DNA of 64,000 bases, taken from the NCBI RefSeq assembly GCF_964204645.1, contig NC_134034.1, forward strand, positions 10,800,962 to 10,864,961, given 5' to 3'. A program made the translations under genes and the position numbers. The notes under the pieces are model-generated. The model was given only the letters and a program-made list of their open reading frames with translations. It was not told the origin of the DNA and made no database searches. Source of the DNA: Tubulanus polymorphus. Lineage: Eukaryota; Animalia; Nemertea. Of this stretch, positions 33,657 through 48,500 are shown one piece after another (within the stretch, counting starts at the first letter, position 1; every line of letters begins with the position of its first letter).

Positions 33657-33789
33657 CAGGGGCCAGTTGCTCAAAAGTTGGTTAAAGAAAACTGGCGGAT
33701 AAATACCATAGTAACAATGCAATTTCAATTATCACTATGTCAACTATCCACTATTTAACTCTAACCAACTTTTGAGCAACTGGCCCCTG
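33657..33789. mobile_element. Harbinger-type MITE (GGGCCAGTTGCTCAAAAGTTGG TIR, CWG flanks) nested in a decayed piggyBac-type MITE; other copies at 7001-7135, 14389-14485, 38216-38348, 51580-51705
   Basis: cag-gggccagttgctcaaaagttgg...ccaacttttgagcaactggccc-ctg; the 38216 copy has a CTG/CTG duplication. Confidence 0.8.
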
Positions 33790-34294
33790 GAAATAATTTG
33801 AAAATTCCATTGTAGATGAAAGGGATAAGGTGTAGCCCTATTTGTGCGCCCTGATTTCTTACTTCTATTGGATTACAAGCTCTAACCAAAATACCACATA
33901 CAGTTTAATGTACTAATTACTTAAAGGGCAGCACCTTACAGGTCAGTCTGCTAAGATCCGGGGGTTTACTGGAAAATGCGATCGTTTACGGCAGGAAAGG
34001 GTTAAGGCTTCATGAAAGTCGATCCTAGATAATAGAGTCTCGTGCACGTTGTAAAAACTCTTAATCCAGTCAAAACTTAAAAAGCGATGTTTATGTTTTC
34101 TACTCGGTGACAGATGGGGTAATGACTGAATTTAGATCGTGTTTTTACAACGTGGTCTAGTATCATATTGATATACCTGAGAATTATTGTGAAATGAAGA
34201 ATTGATTTATTAAGATTTTATGTTTAGTTGTTATTTCATTGTTTGAGTCCCAGATGGTGAGCACGCATCACAGGGAGGAGAGCGGTTTGATGCA

Positions 34295-34605
34295 GGAGCG
34301 TAGCGATGAGCGCCAGGAGAGGAATCCACGGAAGCATGTCTGCACAGTGTGAGAGAGCGGAGGTGAATAAATTCTTATGCTTACACACTGTGGTCAGCCG
34401 GTGACTATTCCATTGTGTTCAATTGCGCGTGTGAATGATATCAACAAACTCTGAAAAACCGCAATTGTCTCTTTATTGTTGAATAGAGCATGGACTATAT
34501 ACGTCCATGAATGGGGTTATCGAAGGTTCAACTGCCGTGTTGAACACGCGCCAGTAGCCAGCTGAACAATATCGTGGAACTTTAATAAGGCCATATTAAA
34601 TAAAT
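34295..34605. repeat. Dispersed repeat, copy 2 (copy 1 at 5380-5680)
   Basis: Collinear identity blocks with 5380-5680. Confidence 0.85.
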
Positions 34606-34995
34606 TACTTGATTCCCAACAGCTCCCCTCCGAATTCAGCCACCACCGCCTGGTTTTTCACTAAGTTTTTTGATTACTGATAGCTATAGTATAAAGTAAG
34701 TATCCAGCACACGTTTCCTGCTGCACACACGTATAATAGAGCTTTTGGAATATTTCGTATTTTATATATAATACTGTAGTCTCCCCTTCAATGATATTTT
34801 TTTCACGACTTCTGATCAGAGAATAACATATTTTGCTGCTCTATGAAAAAATCTCCAAAAACCGGTACCAAGGTTATGTATCAGCTTCTGTGTTGATGCT
34901 GTCAACACGGGTGTTTAAAACATGGTCTTCGTTTTTAGTACCGGTAGTGCATTTTAGTTTCGCAAAGTGCATAGGTCTTCGTTTTAGTAGTGCTT

Positions 34996-35498
34996 ACTGT
35001 CTGTCACACCTACTCTCCGTGCGACGTTTTGGTCCGTAATTTCGTTAATAATCGGTTTATCTACCTTTATTATGCATCAATTTGTTCAGTGAGGAATTTG
35101 CATTCAGAAATAAACAACAATTTTTACTAAAGTTGTTTTTGTTTTCATTTATGAGCGATAGTTTACTCAGCATACGCTCGCGTAATGCTGAAAAATCCGC
35201 TCCGCGGACGCTCGGAAACGTTACAGTGACGTCATCACCTGCTCATTAGCATATCAAAATACAGTAGGTGGCGCTACGTGACGGGCCATAAAAGCCGTTT
35301 TTCAGCATTACGCGAGCGTATGCTGGGTGAACTATCGCTGATAGATGAAAACACAAACAAATTTATGCCAGTTCATGATTTATTTCTGAATGCAAATTCC
35401 TTACTGAACAAATTGATGCATAATATTTACAGATCAACCGATTATTAACGAAATTACGAACCAAAACGTCGCACGAAGAGCATGTGTGACAGACAGTA
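34996..35498. mobile_element. Non-autonomous DNA transposon with ~200-bp TIRs and TA flanks
   Basis: ta-ctgtctgtcacac...gtgtgacagacag-ta; arms complementary through gcatacgctcgcgtaatgctgaaaa / ttttcagcattacgcgagcgtatgc. Confidence 0.85.
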
Positions 35499-36537
35499 GT
35501 TTTAGTAACACCCAGTGAATCTTGGAAATTGTTTAATTTACAAAAATAAATTGTCTAAAAAACTTCATACACAGTGTACAACGTTGTAGCTCACACCATA
35601 CACGTGGAAAGTGGTCTATTTGAGTCATTGGGGAACTTTGCGAGCAAGTGTTACCTGGACTCCTGAGGAGCAAGGTCTCAAACTAGCTCCCTTCTTACAA
35701 AACTTCCATCGTAAATGATACAAAAACCTGAAGTTATTGAACAAGATTGAAAATTGAATTCACGACGAAAAGTTTCATTTCATTCGTTCAGAACTTTCAT
35801 ACAAAACATATTCACAATTCATTTTTCCTGTCATTATTTTATTGAAGGTATTTATTATAAAACACTTAAACGAAAAGTATTGGAACTACATATTAATATC
35901 TAGTATACACTGTACATTATTCATTGAAGAAACCATCAGGAAAATATCATTAACGTTTCTCTATTTTTAGTCTGAAAAAATTGATACCTTGTTTCTCCGC
36001 TCTGCCGAGCTTGAAGGTTAACCCGGCCGGCCGCCTATCTACCCGGTACATTATTTATTTAAAATCGTGATCAATTTTACCATTACACACCCGGCAGATA
36101 GAAATGAACTAATTACAAATGTTATTATATTTTACATAAATGACCCGGCCGCTGCAGAGAAACAATGTTTCATTTTGTTCAGCCGAAACAGTTATTTGCA
36201 AAGTATATGACTGTATTTTCCGGCAAGAAGCTGATTTTAGAGCCGTATTACAAAATTTAATTTCGTACAAAAATACATGATATAAACGGTTTACAGATTC
36301 TAGTTAGCGCCACTGCCCTCTGAACGACAACATTTTTCCGAGAACAAATTTTGCTCGAATTAATGAAAATATCATTCTTTACTGCCAAATTGGTTATGTT
36401 AAAATGCCATACTTTTTCATCGGTTCCTAACAGTGACGTTATAAAGGAGTCTCACTGTAGGGCTCTTCAATACATCAGAGATTCAAGCAACTAATCGAAG
36501 GAGAAAGTGTTTTCCATAATTCCGGCGGTGCCTCTAT

Positions 36538-39500
36538 CTATAACCATGGATGCCAGGCAGGATCCATTCTACACAGATTATCGTGACTATTTGCCGCCGC
36601 TACTAACGTACTGACTTTACTTTCAGCTCCTTCAAACGTGGCCAAATCTATTCAATGAAACAAGAACACAGGCATTGAAATAACTATGACGTAGAAATTT
36701 TTGCACTGACGTAAAAAAAGGGGATGGTCGATGCAGCGGGGGATCGACTACTTAGGGGGATGAAGGAGAGAACGATGTAGACGAGTAGAGAAGGGGAGAA
36801 GAAAGAGGAAGGTGGAGAGGAGGAAGAGAGAGTGACTTACTTTGTAATCTCGTTGAAATAGCATTGACAGATTTACTGACCATCTGTATCAGTTTTTCAC
36901 CCTCCATATCTACAGGTTGTTGTCCTGGTGTTGTTTCATCTTGTTTCTACAATTACATAATAGCATAACAGATTACTATAAATTCCCCAAGTGAATCTGC
37001 TGCAGGCGAATGGAGAAATTCCCCGATTGAAATTGCTGCAGGTTAATGGAAAAAGAGTCAATTTGTGGCAGGTGAACAGAGATTTCTTCGATCAAAATGT
37101 TACAATTTAATCAGACTATCAAAATTTTGCAATTTATTCAGACTATCATGAATACTGTAGTTCAAGTGAAGGCCCTGCTGATTAAGTTTAGAATAAGGGT
37201 CTGCAAACTCCATTCACATAAATCAACACAGACCTTATCGAATACAAGTCCCGCAAAACTATATTCTAAACCATGCTTTTTGTACAAACCTTTTTATGCC
37301 AGGTGATGTATTCATCTCGCAGGATAGCTCGTAACAAACTGACCAGTTTATATTGCGGTTGTACGAAACAGCGGGCGGCGGCGACCATACCTGCCGTCAG
37401 AGGACCGGTGACTCCGGTCGGGGTGAGGAAATCTGCGATGTTCGGGGTCAGACGGAACGGCACCGGTCGGTTCGCATCCAATTCACCTACGAATCAATGG
37501 AAATCACATTTCTTATATCCATGTGTTATATTTGAGAATTGTTTTTTAAGGATTCCTAGTGTTAGGAATCGTTTGCTGTCAAACAATGTCATGTTTCTGT
37601 AGAGGATTATGCTGGGCGGACAATTTCGGCCCATTTACAAATTCCCTGCAGTTTGTCCCATGATAATATACACAATTCATCGAGTGAATCAGAGAAATTT
37701 CTATATTTCAAATGTTACATATCATTTTTCGTTGAATCACATATTAATAAAGAAACACATCGTCAATAACATTATCTGCTTTTCCTGAGTTTTCAAAGTT
37801 TTTGGTAAAATTTGTCAAATTCCCTGAGTTTTCCCTGATTTTTCTGATTCCCCGAGTTTGCCAGGTTTTCCAGATCAGTGGTGACCCCGAGTCACCATTA
37901 AATAGGTCACATGTACGTTACTGGCCTAGTTTACTTGATTGGTCTACTGGTTAGTACGCTTGCTTTCTACGTATGAGATCCGGGTTCGATCCCCGGTAAG
38001 AGCAGACGACCGTAGTACGTACCTGTTTGATCATCGATATCCAGTTTGAAGTAAGAGATGTTTAGGAATCCGCAGTCCTGGTGTAAATACATCATGTCCG
38101 GATTCATACGAGTCAAATGAAGAACGAACTCGGCGAAACCGGACAGAGCCAATTGGATCGTCAACTAGAATTCGATAAAATATCACATGTAATAACATCT
38201 TTAGCATCTAAAAACCTGGGGCCGGTTGCTCAAAAGTTGGTTAGAGTTAACCAGTGGATGGTTGATATGGTGACAATTGAAATTTCATTGTAACTATGGT
38301 ATTTAACCACTGGTTATCTTTAACCAACTTTTGAGCAACCGGCCCCTGGTTTCAAAACAGTTTTTTTTGTTGATCTTAATTGAAAACAGGATAAACGCTT
38401 AACCCTTTCAGTGTTGACTAATTGATACCTTATAGTGCTGGAGATAATTTGATTATTTTGAGAAATTCCACCCTAGTGTATTGAATAACGGGAATACCAC
38501 TATAGTGCGTCTACACCGTGGCGCGGTATATCGTCAGTTACTAGTATTTCACTATGTTTGACACGTGCTGCCATTTTTCAAGAGATAATTACAAATTACA
38601 TCAATACACCGCAGCGCGGTGTACTAGCAAAATCCATCACCGATTCATACACCGCACTGCGGTGTAGATGCACTGAAAGGGTTAAATCATCGACTGCAGG
38701 TTAACTCTGAATAATGAGGTTAATATCAGTCTACCAGTCGACAAAACCAATTGCTAACTTACATTCTTCCTGAACGTCCAATAATCAGTAGCGTTTGGGA
38801 ACGTGTGCACGGCCCACTCTTTCAGTAAAACCCTCGGCACGATATTCGCCTGCACCTCTTTCAGTATATCGCGCAGCACCTGGTGACTAGCCTGCGAACC
38901 GCGCGCCTGCACGGTCGCCAGACGCTCGTAGTAACGACTGATCGGCGCCGAGTAATCGACCGAGCGTTTCGCGCAGCGTTGCTTGTAAATCGACATCAGC
39001 GAAATCGACGCCGGATTGTCCTCGACGAGTCGCATCTGCGGCGACACGGCGACGACGCGCGGCACGGTGAAGTGCAACAGACGGCGACACGTTTCTTTCT
39101 GTTTGCCGAGGAAATGGTTCAACATTCGCAGCAGTTGGAGAACGCGTTCTTCGCGACGCGATTCCGTTAAACATGCGTCGTTCACGACGAGATACGGATA
39201 AATCTGTCGAATAGATAAAACATCACTTTATTCAAACAGTTAATTTCTGAACGACAAATTTCAGAACAACAAGGGCTACGAGGCGCGGATCCAGTCCATA
39301 ATGCCCAATACGGTCTAGAATTTCAACCTGCCCTTCGGAATTTCACTGATCTTATTATTGACGGCACATTTCACCACTTTTTAGTCTGAATAAGCCTCTA
39401 AATACCATGAAATTCCAATTCTAAAATTTTCAGGAGCACATCCTCCATTTTTTCGTGTAGAAAATGCCCTAACTTTACCCCGAGTGCCCGAAATGTTCTT

Positions 39501-42500
39501 CCAATACCGTCTAGCTCTAAACCCTTGATCCACACCAGGACCCAGTTTCATGAAAAAGTTTTAGCCTAAATCGGTTAAGTCTGAATTCGTTCGCATTGAA
39601 AACATGAAGTAACCAATGGCAATTACACCAAAAATTTGAGTTAACTGTTTTGTGAAACTGGGCCCAGGACACCCTTTAAGGCATCAGGGTCTCCTTGTAC
39701 CTAGCGCTTAGCTGTAGAGAATTATCTACGTACCTTTCCGTTGTTTCCGCGTATATACAGACGCCGCGCGGCTGTATTGTGTTTATGTACGATCTCGACG
39801 CGAGGCATGAATCGCGCGATTTTCACGTAGAAATGGCCGTGTTTCGGCAGCAGGAATTCGCCCGGTAATTCCACCTCAGCCGTCTGCTGCGAAAAATTAC
39901 TCAAAAATCGACATTTCTCTTCGATCAAGAACGACCTGAAAAACGGGCAAATATTGATTCGATACGTCAAAAGGTCATGGGCAGACGTAATATGGAAAAT
40001 ATACTCGCCAGGGGGTGATTTTATAGATGGGGCCTTACTTTAACCACAGAGATTCAGTAAAGTCGTCATTTATTTTCTTAGTTTTTACAGTTATAACAAG
40101 TTATCGCCTATTTCAAGATTCCTTGAGCCAGTTTATAGACTGGTGTTATCTTTAACTCAATTGATAACGAATTTAGTTAACCCCTGGGTTAAAGTTAATA
40201 GCAGTCAATGAAACTGGGCTCTTAATACAGAAATCATTAAACTAAATGGAAATTCTTACTTCGGAAGAAGTCTTGTTTTTGCTTCCAGTATTTTAATCCA
40301 CTTCTTCAGTTTGTTGATGAGGTTGTGAAGTTTAGTCGAGCCGGGAACCGTGAAATCGAAATCGGTCGTGAACTGGCCTTTCATTTTCTGGAAGACGGGA
40401 TCCTGAGCGGTCGCCTGCGCGCGTCGCGCCAGCGACTCGGACGCCGCGCTCGAGAACGTCTGACTGACGCTCGACACGTTCTCGATGCCGACGCCGAACG
40501 TCGACACGAGTTTCTTCACGAAGTTCAACGTGTGCGGCGTGATCGTCGCGTCGGCGACCGCGCCGCGATTTTCGAACGCGACCGCGTAACATTTCGCGAG
40601 TCCCTGACGCAGCTGGCGTAGCACCTCCTCGTACCAGTTCTCGCGGAACCAAACCATCTACAAATTAGATACGGTCGATTAAAACCCTTTCGTTGTTTCT
40701 ACACCGCAGTGCGATGTATAAATCAGAGACGGACTTGGCCAATACATCGCATCGATAGAAACTAATTACAGTGGAACCTCTTAACAACAAACTTCACAGG
40801 ACCAGAAAATCTGTTCGTTATAACCTATAGTTCGTTGTATCCAGTATGAAATCAGTAAAATTTTCTCACTTTTGTAATTCTATTTTTGTTACATCTGATG
40901 AGTCGTCGTATCCGAGATCGTTATAACGAGGTTCCACTGTACTTATAACATCAATACGATATCGGATTACCTGATCGACGATGCCCTCTAGTGAGGAGAG
41001 GATCGTAGGATGTAGATCTCGATGCATGTGCATGATGCGACTACACCTCCACATCGGAGCTGTAGCGCGGAATGGTCCAGCATCCGAACCACTGGTCGTC
41101 GTCGTCGTAGACGTCGTGGTTGATGGAGTAGATGAGGCGGCGGTAGCGGACGATATCGCAGCCGTAGCGACCGTCGTCGAGGTAACCGCAGCGGTGGCAG
41201 ACGCGGCTGTAGTCGTTGCAGACGATTCTGAAATTTGAAACCATAACAAATTGACCTGCCATATTCTAAAATGGCCATCAGGGTGGCGCCACATTCCGCC
41301 CATTTACAAATCCAATAGCACTATCCGAATTCCCTGAGCTTTCCAGGTGTTTTTTCAAAATTTATCAAATTCCCAAGTTTTCCAGGTTTTTGAAAAAATT
41401 CCTCAATTTCCCTGAGTTTACCCCGATTTTTTCTAGATATTTCTAGATCTAGAGTTTTTTCCAGGTTTTTTAAGTCAGTGGCGACCCTGGTCATGCAGAA
41501 TATAATCCTGAATTTTCAAATTTACCGGTACTAGTAACAGACGGAGCCATTGTGGCAGACGTCACGTCGGGCGAGGATACCGTGCTGTTATTGGTCGTCG
41601 ATGGACTCATCGCCTGAATGGTCGAGGTCGATGCCGTTGTTACTGATGTAACCGGGGGCGACGGCGTCACATCCGACTGACTGCTGCTCTTGCTCGTAGA
41701 CGCCGACAATTCTCCGCTCTTATCTAAAATAAAAATATCGAAAATTTTTCCGAAATATTTTTTTACAAAAATTAACAATATTTCCATACTAAAGATATAT
41801 AAAATTCACTAAAACAAGTATCAGAACTTACATCGTTCTCTCTGTTCAATTTTCAGCGTCAGGTAGAGCGTACGAATAGGGAAATACACGGCCTGCGGGT
41901 ACATTCGACCGACCTGACTGAGCAGATTTAGAATCAGTTTGCCTTCGTTACGCACCAGGCACGTCAACAACTGCGGAATCCTTCAAAAGAGAATAATCGC
42001 ACATTTAACCCTTTCAGTGCTGACTTAATAATACCCTATAGTGCTGAAGATAATTTGAAAATTTTGATAAATTCCACCCTAGTGCATTGAATAACGGGAA
42101 TACCACCATAGTGTGTCTACAACGCGGCGCGGTGTATCGCTAGTTACTAATATTTCACTATGTTTGACACATGCTGCCATTTTTCAAGAGAGATAATCAC
42201 TAATTACTAATTACATCAATACACCGCAGTGCGGTGTACTAGCAAAATTCATCACCGATTTATACACCGCATTGCGGTGTAGACGCACTGAAAGGGTTAA
42301 ACTGAATCACGGAGGGGCCACTCACCACAAATTTACAAATAATTTACAATTATTCCATACGTTATAACAGAAAATTCCAAGTGAGGAAATCCGAGAAATT
42401 TTTAGGTTTACAATGTTACAACTCATTCATTTTTGATTGATACAGAAATGCACGATCGATTGCATATCCAAATTCCCTGAGTTTTCCCAGAATATTTCCA

Positions 42501-45500
42501 GACTTCACTGATTCCCAGAGTTTTCCAGGCCGCGCTGTGAACTATACGACATTCACAACAATCGACGCGTGAAATTGATAATTACCATGGTAACCATTGA
42601 ACAGGCGGTACACCGATGCAGTATTTATCGACGGCCTCAGCGAGCGTCAGTTTGTCGTCGTCGTACGTCAGCAACCAGATGACCTTCGCGAGATATTTCC
42701 GCGACTTGCTCTCGTTCTGGTGTCGACAAGCGTGCAGGAAACACGTGATCGCCGACACGCCGACGTGAATCTGTCGACAGTTATACGTGCTGTAAAACGT
42801 AAACAGAATATTATTATCAGTAGCAGATCCCATAAGAAACACGGGGTCGAAATATGTGTAGATCATAGCGGGACCCATAACAAATCTGGGGTCAAATATC
42901 ACAACTACTGTCCCTGGGGCTAAATACAAATACATTCATCAGGAACCACAACCAAACTGGGGTCAAATATGTGTAGATCATAGCGGGACCCATAACAAAT
43001 CTGGGGTCAAATATCGTAACCACTGTCCCTGGGGCTAAATACAAATGCATTCATCAGGAACCACAACCAAACTGGGGTAAAATGTGTATAGATCATAGCA
43101 GGACCCATAACAAATCTGGGGTCAAATATCGTAACCACTGTCCCTGGGGCTAAATACAAATGCATTCATCAGGAACCACAACCAAACTGGGGTCAAATGT
43201 GTATAGATCATAGCAGGACCCACAACAAATTCGGGATCAAATATCTATAGACGAAAGCCTGGGGTTGAATTCGTATACATTAGATTAGGACCCACAACCA
43301 ATCCAGGTCCATACTATAGTAATGGATCATACTCGGACTCATAAACGATATGGGACCGAAACTTAAAGATGATAACTGAACGTACGACTGTTTGCGGTTC
43401 CGATGGATCCCACATTTCAGCAATATCGATCGAATATAAACCGTTTTATTTACCTGTCCTTAGTGAATATAGATTCTAGATAATCTCCCCACAGAGCCCA
43501 CGGTTTAACGAGAGTATCGGCCATCTGCACGGCGGCGCTGAACGCTTTATTAGCGTCGTCGGACCTGACAAACAATATCAAACATCTCAAAATCAACAAC
43601 TCAAACATACGAATACGACACCCCGCCGTCCGGTCGGTTAGACCACTGACCTGCCGATTTGAGCCAGGAACATGCCTTTCAAAGCGTAAAATTCAGCCGT
43701 GAATTCTTTCGTGAAGAATTTCAAATTCGTCGATTCGATTACTTCGAGACCCTGAAACGAGTAAGATTTTATCGAATTCAAACCTGCCAAAAAACTTCAG
43801 AGCTATCTTTAAGGTGGATGGAAATAATAATAATAATAATTTATTCAGTCGCAAATCCATATCAAATATGCTCATTGGCTTTTCATTATATTATATACGA
43901 AATGAGAACAGCGAACACTAAAAACTGGTTTAATTAAAAGATTTGATTAGTGGGTTTTGAGCTTAGGATTAAAAAACATCGATTGAAGGACTAGATTTAA
44001 CCGGGACCGGGCGAAGTATTCCAGAGTCGTGGGCCAGAGTACACGAAGGCTCTATGTCGGGTTGAGACCAGATTAACGCGGGGAATGACTAGCAGAGATT
44101 GATTGCTAGATCTTAAAACTCTATCGGATGATTTATATCGCACAAGTGACTGTAAAGACCATGGTGCACACCCGTTAAGGGTTTTAAGACTAGGAAGTGA
44201 GTCAACTGACCTCTTGTAGTTCATTTTTACCCATCGCTCCGGCCATTTGCAGATAACATTTCACTTGTTGACGTATTTTCTGAAAGCAGTCGTAAATCGG
44301 AACGCTGGGAATCGTGTGGATTCGACTCAACGAATCTAAACAAACCCCGGTTAGGTTGTGTTTACGCGCGATCTTGCCGAAGTGAATGATCGCCTGCGCC
44401 GAATGGTGAACTCCTAACATCGACTGATTCGAATTCTGAAAACGTTTCAAACAAAACGGACGAAATTAGCCTTCACATTATTGAGTTATGTAACGAAGTT
44501 GAAGCTATTATCTAACTGCTCCAAGTTGGAGAGAGGCGCCGATGAACAGTATCTTGAACTGGGGTCAGAATGATGAGATCCGGAATTTTCACAATTTCTC
44601 GCATCTATACAACTGACTTTTTATATGCGACCAGAGCCTGATTTTATAGACTGGGTAAAATTCATATTCATAAAATTCACATTTTACACAATTTTCTCAG
44701 CAGACGTTGTCACTATTTCACATTTTTCAGATGTGCATGCAAGAGTTGACCTACATGTAAGAGTTGACCTATATGTAAGAGTTGACCTATATGTAACAGT
44801 TGACCTACATGTAGGACCTATATGTAATAGTTGATCTACATGTTAGCGTTGACCTACACGTAGTAGTTGACCTACTTACCTGGTCGTTAGCCGCGTGTGA
44901 ATCGTAATGATTAACGATGAACTGATAATGATGTTGTCTCCACGTGAATATATCGCTCCAATGAGATAGATTATCGGATATCATCGGCAGACGGTTTCTC
45001 CACGTTTTAACGATCGCTTTCATGTCGTGTAAACTCGACTGACGGCCGATGTTCGCCGGTTGTAACCCGAGATTTATCTGCGACGCTTCCTGCAGTTCCA
45101 TTATCTGTTGAGCTGCCTGCATATGAAAATCGGTAGGTCTGTAAAACTGGTACTACGCGGTTAAAACTATGAACTACCTCAAGGGACTTTAGTTAAAGCT
45201 TAGCTTTAACACTAGAGTTATGGCTGCAGGTTGGGGGTTTGAGGGGTTGGTTGTTAAATTCCACCCTGATGCGGCCTTAAGAAAATTTGAGCAATGATTT
45301 CAAAAGATTCACTCATTAGTAACACTTTTTCATTTCTTTTTGTTTAAACTTTGCACACACTACTAATCTTTGTTGAAAAACCAAAACCCCCAAAAACATG
45401 GCCGGCTAAGGGCCTGATATCTCACCTGTAACAGCGGTATATGTATATGCGAGACGACGCTCGGCAGACGACGCCATTCTTTAATCGCTAGGTTACTTGA

Positions 45501-48500
45501 TACTTCCACCAGACGTTCGATCATATTCAAATGAGTTTCGTCCGGGTGACAGATAGCGATGTAACCTCGATACAAATTCACTTTCCACGCCAACTCCTTC
45601 GGGCAACTCTGTTCAACCTGTACAATAAACAACACACGTCAAATCTTTGGCAATCAGAAGTGATGTGGTCAAGTTTAAGCAATAAAAATTAAAGCCATTT
45701 GGTCTTTCACACGTCTCAAAGTGTTTGAATCCTGGTTGTAGCAGTCAGTCAGTCTTTCACTGGTCTCTCATCAATCCAGGGTTCATGTGTTTGAATCCTG
45801 GTGGTAGCAGTCAGTCAGTCTTTCGCTGGTCTCTCGTCAATCCAGGATTCATGTGTTTGAATCCTGGTGGTAGCAGTCAGTCAGTCAGTCTTTCACTGGT
45901 CTCTCATCAATCCAGGGTTCATGTGTTTGAATCCTGGTGGTAGCAGTCAGTCAGTCTTTCGCTGGTCTCTCGTCAATCCAGGATTCATGTGTTTGAATCC
46001 TGGTGGTAGCAGTCAGTCAGTCAGTCTTTCACTGATCTCTCATCAATCCAGGGTTCATGTGTTTGAATCCTGGTGGTAGCAGTCAGTCAGTCTTTCGCTG
46101 GTCTCTCGTCAATCCAGGATTCATGTGTTTGAATCCTGGAGATAGCAGTCAGTCAGTCAGTCTTTCACTGGCCTCTCATCAATCCAGGGTTCATGTGTTT
46201 GAATCCTGGTGGTAGCAGTCAGTCAGTCTTTCACTGGTCTCTCATCAATCCAGGGTTCATGTGTTTGAATCCTGGTGGTAGCAGTCAGTCAGTCTTTCAC
46301 TGGTCCCTCATCAATCCAGGGTTCATGGGTTTGAATCCTGGTGGTAGCAGTCAGTCAGTCTTTCACTGGTCTCTCATCAATCCTGGACTCATGTGTTTGA
46401 ATCCTGGTGGTAGCAGTCAGTCAGTCTTTCACTGGTCTCTCATCAATTCAGGGTACATGCGCTAAAACTACTAATGATATCCTAAATGGCGCTCAATTAG
46501 TTCAGAGATGAAAGAAATTTCCAGGAAATCTTTCGAGAAATATACCGTTCAAAGAGGTTTGTACATACCTGCGCTAATGCTTCTTTCATGAGCGACCATT
46601 TCGGGACCCTCCACGCGCTCTCTAACACCAGATGAGGGTTTGTAATACCCTTCGTGTTACTGTACTCTAACAGTAAATCCCATTGATTCAACTCCTTACA
46701 CGTTCGCGCCCAGTGATCCTCCCACAGTTTATACTCGACGATTATCGTCGGCGACGCGGTCGTCGTGTTGTGTTCGCTGCGAGCTTTAGACATCGCCTGA
46801 AACAATCAACAAATCATGTCGTTATCGCGCAGCTTGATAATAGCAGACGTGACTGTATTTCCATTTATAGTTATTTTTACTACAAATGAGAGTAATGTCA
46901 GAGGAATATATCAATTGAAAATGAACTTGAAATAATTCTGATTTTGAGAGTATGTTGATAATTTTTGGGAGCAGTTGTGTTCTTAAAAGAGTAGGAACTG
47001 CTCTCAAATTGTGATCTTGAGTTCTTAGACTGGCTATAGAACTAATGTGGTCATAGCCTGGTCTTAAATTGTCAGATTGTCTATAGAACCAAATGAGATT
47101 AACTATGAAACATGAGCTTTGAGTTTTTAGGTGTTTGATTGGCTAATAGAAAGAAATAAGATGGTCTTAGACTGGTCCTCAGTTGTTAGATTGGCTATAG
47201 AACTAAAATGAGCTTAGACTGGTCTAAGTTGTTCGATTGGCCATAGAACTGAAATGAGCTTGGACTGGTCTTAAGTTGTTAGATTGGCTATACAACCAAA
47301 ATGAGTTTAGACTGATCTTAAGTTGTTAGATTGGCTATAGAACCAAGATGAGCTTGGACTAATCTTAAGTTGTTAGATTGGCTATAGAACCAAGATGAGC
47401 TTAGGTGATTAGCATGATGGTGATTGTGCTGTGTGTCATGCACTGACCTGTTCATATTGAGCCTGTGCCTGCTCGTAGAACCCGTGTTGCTCGTACGCGA
47501 GCGCCGTGTTCGTTTCCGAATACTTCGCTCGTTTCATCCACAGTCCGACCAACATGTCTTCCTCGCGTAGCAACGAGTACAACTCGGACAGCGCGTCGAG
47601 AGTTTCCTGCTGCGGCGAGTTCGCCGGTTCGAACTCGTACTCGCTAACCGGTTTCGGTTTGATGTGCGTCTGCGGCATGCTCTCCAGCGCCATCTGTTCG
47701 AGCAATAGCGTACCGCGGTGCCACAGGTTGTGACTCTTTGCGAGGTATTTCAGGACGCATTTCCGGATCGGCACCGGCGGTACCGACACCGATAACGCCT
47801 CGGTGAACGTGTGGATCGCGCTCGGCTGACAATCTTTCTGTATCACGTGACTTCCGCTTGATAAAAACGGAATCATTTCGACTTCCAACGACTGAAAAAA
47901 ATAAAACACATATTTCAGACAGAATTCATTCATGTATCGGTACTTCATTGGGCAGCCGACTTTTCTGGAAGTGCGTGTATCAGTACACATAATTCAATGA
48001 TGTCACAGGGGAATTCATGAAGGCGGTCATCTTTCTTCTGGAAGCGTGTACCAGTATACACAAAATTTGATGATAATAGGGAGATTTTTAATGATGTCAG
48101 GGGAATTTATGAAGGCGGTCATCTTCTGGAAGTGCGTATACACTTAATTCGATGATGTCATAGGAGTATTCATGAAGGCAGTCATCTTTCTTCAGGAAGC
48201 ATCTATACACGTAATTCGATGATGTCATAGGGTGTAAAGACTCACGTGTTGTTGTCGTTCGGTCAGTATTTTCCAGATTCTCGGGAATAATTCCAGCCAG
48301 ACGTTGTGCGCGAGCGGCGTCGAACTGTGACACAATTGCGCGACCGCGTTCAGAAACGACACCGTTTTCAACTGTCTCATGTTCTCGATGAATTTCGCCT
48401 GACGTTGAAGTAGAACTTGTAGATTTTGTTTCGGGTCGGACGACGAGTCGCCGTGTTTCGGCGGCTCTTTAACGCTCGCTCCGTCGTCGCTCCCATTGTT

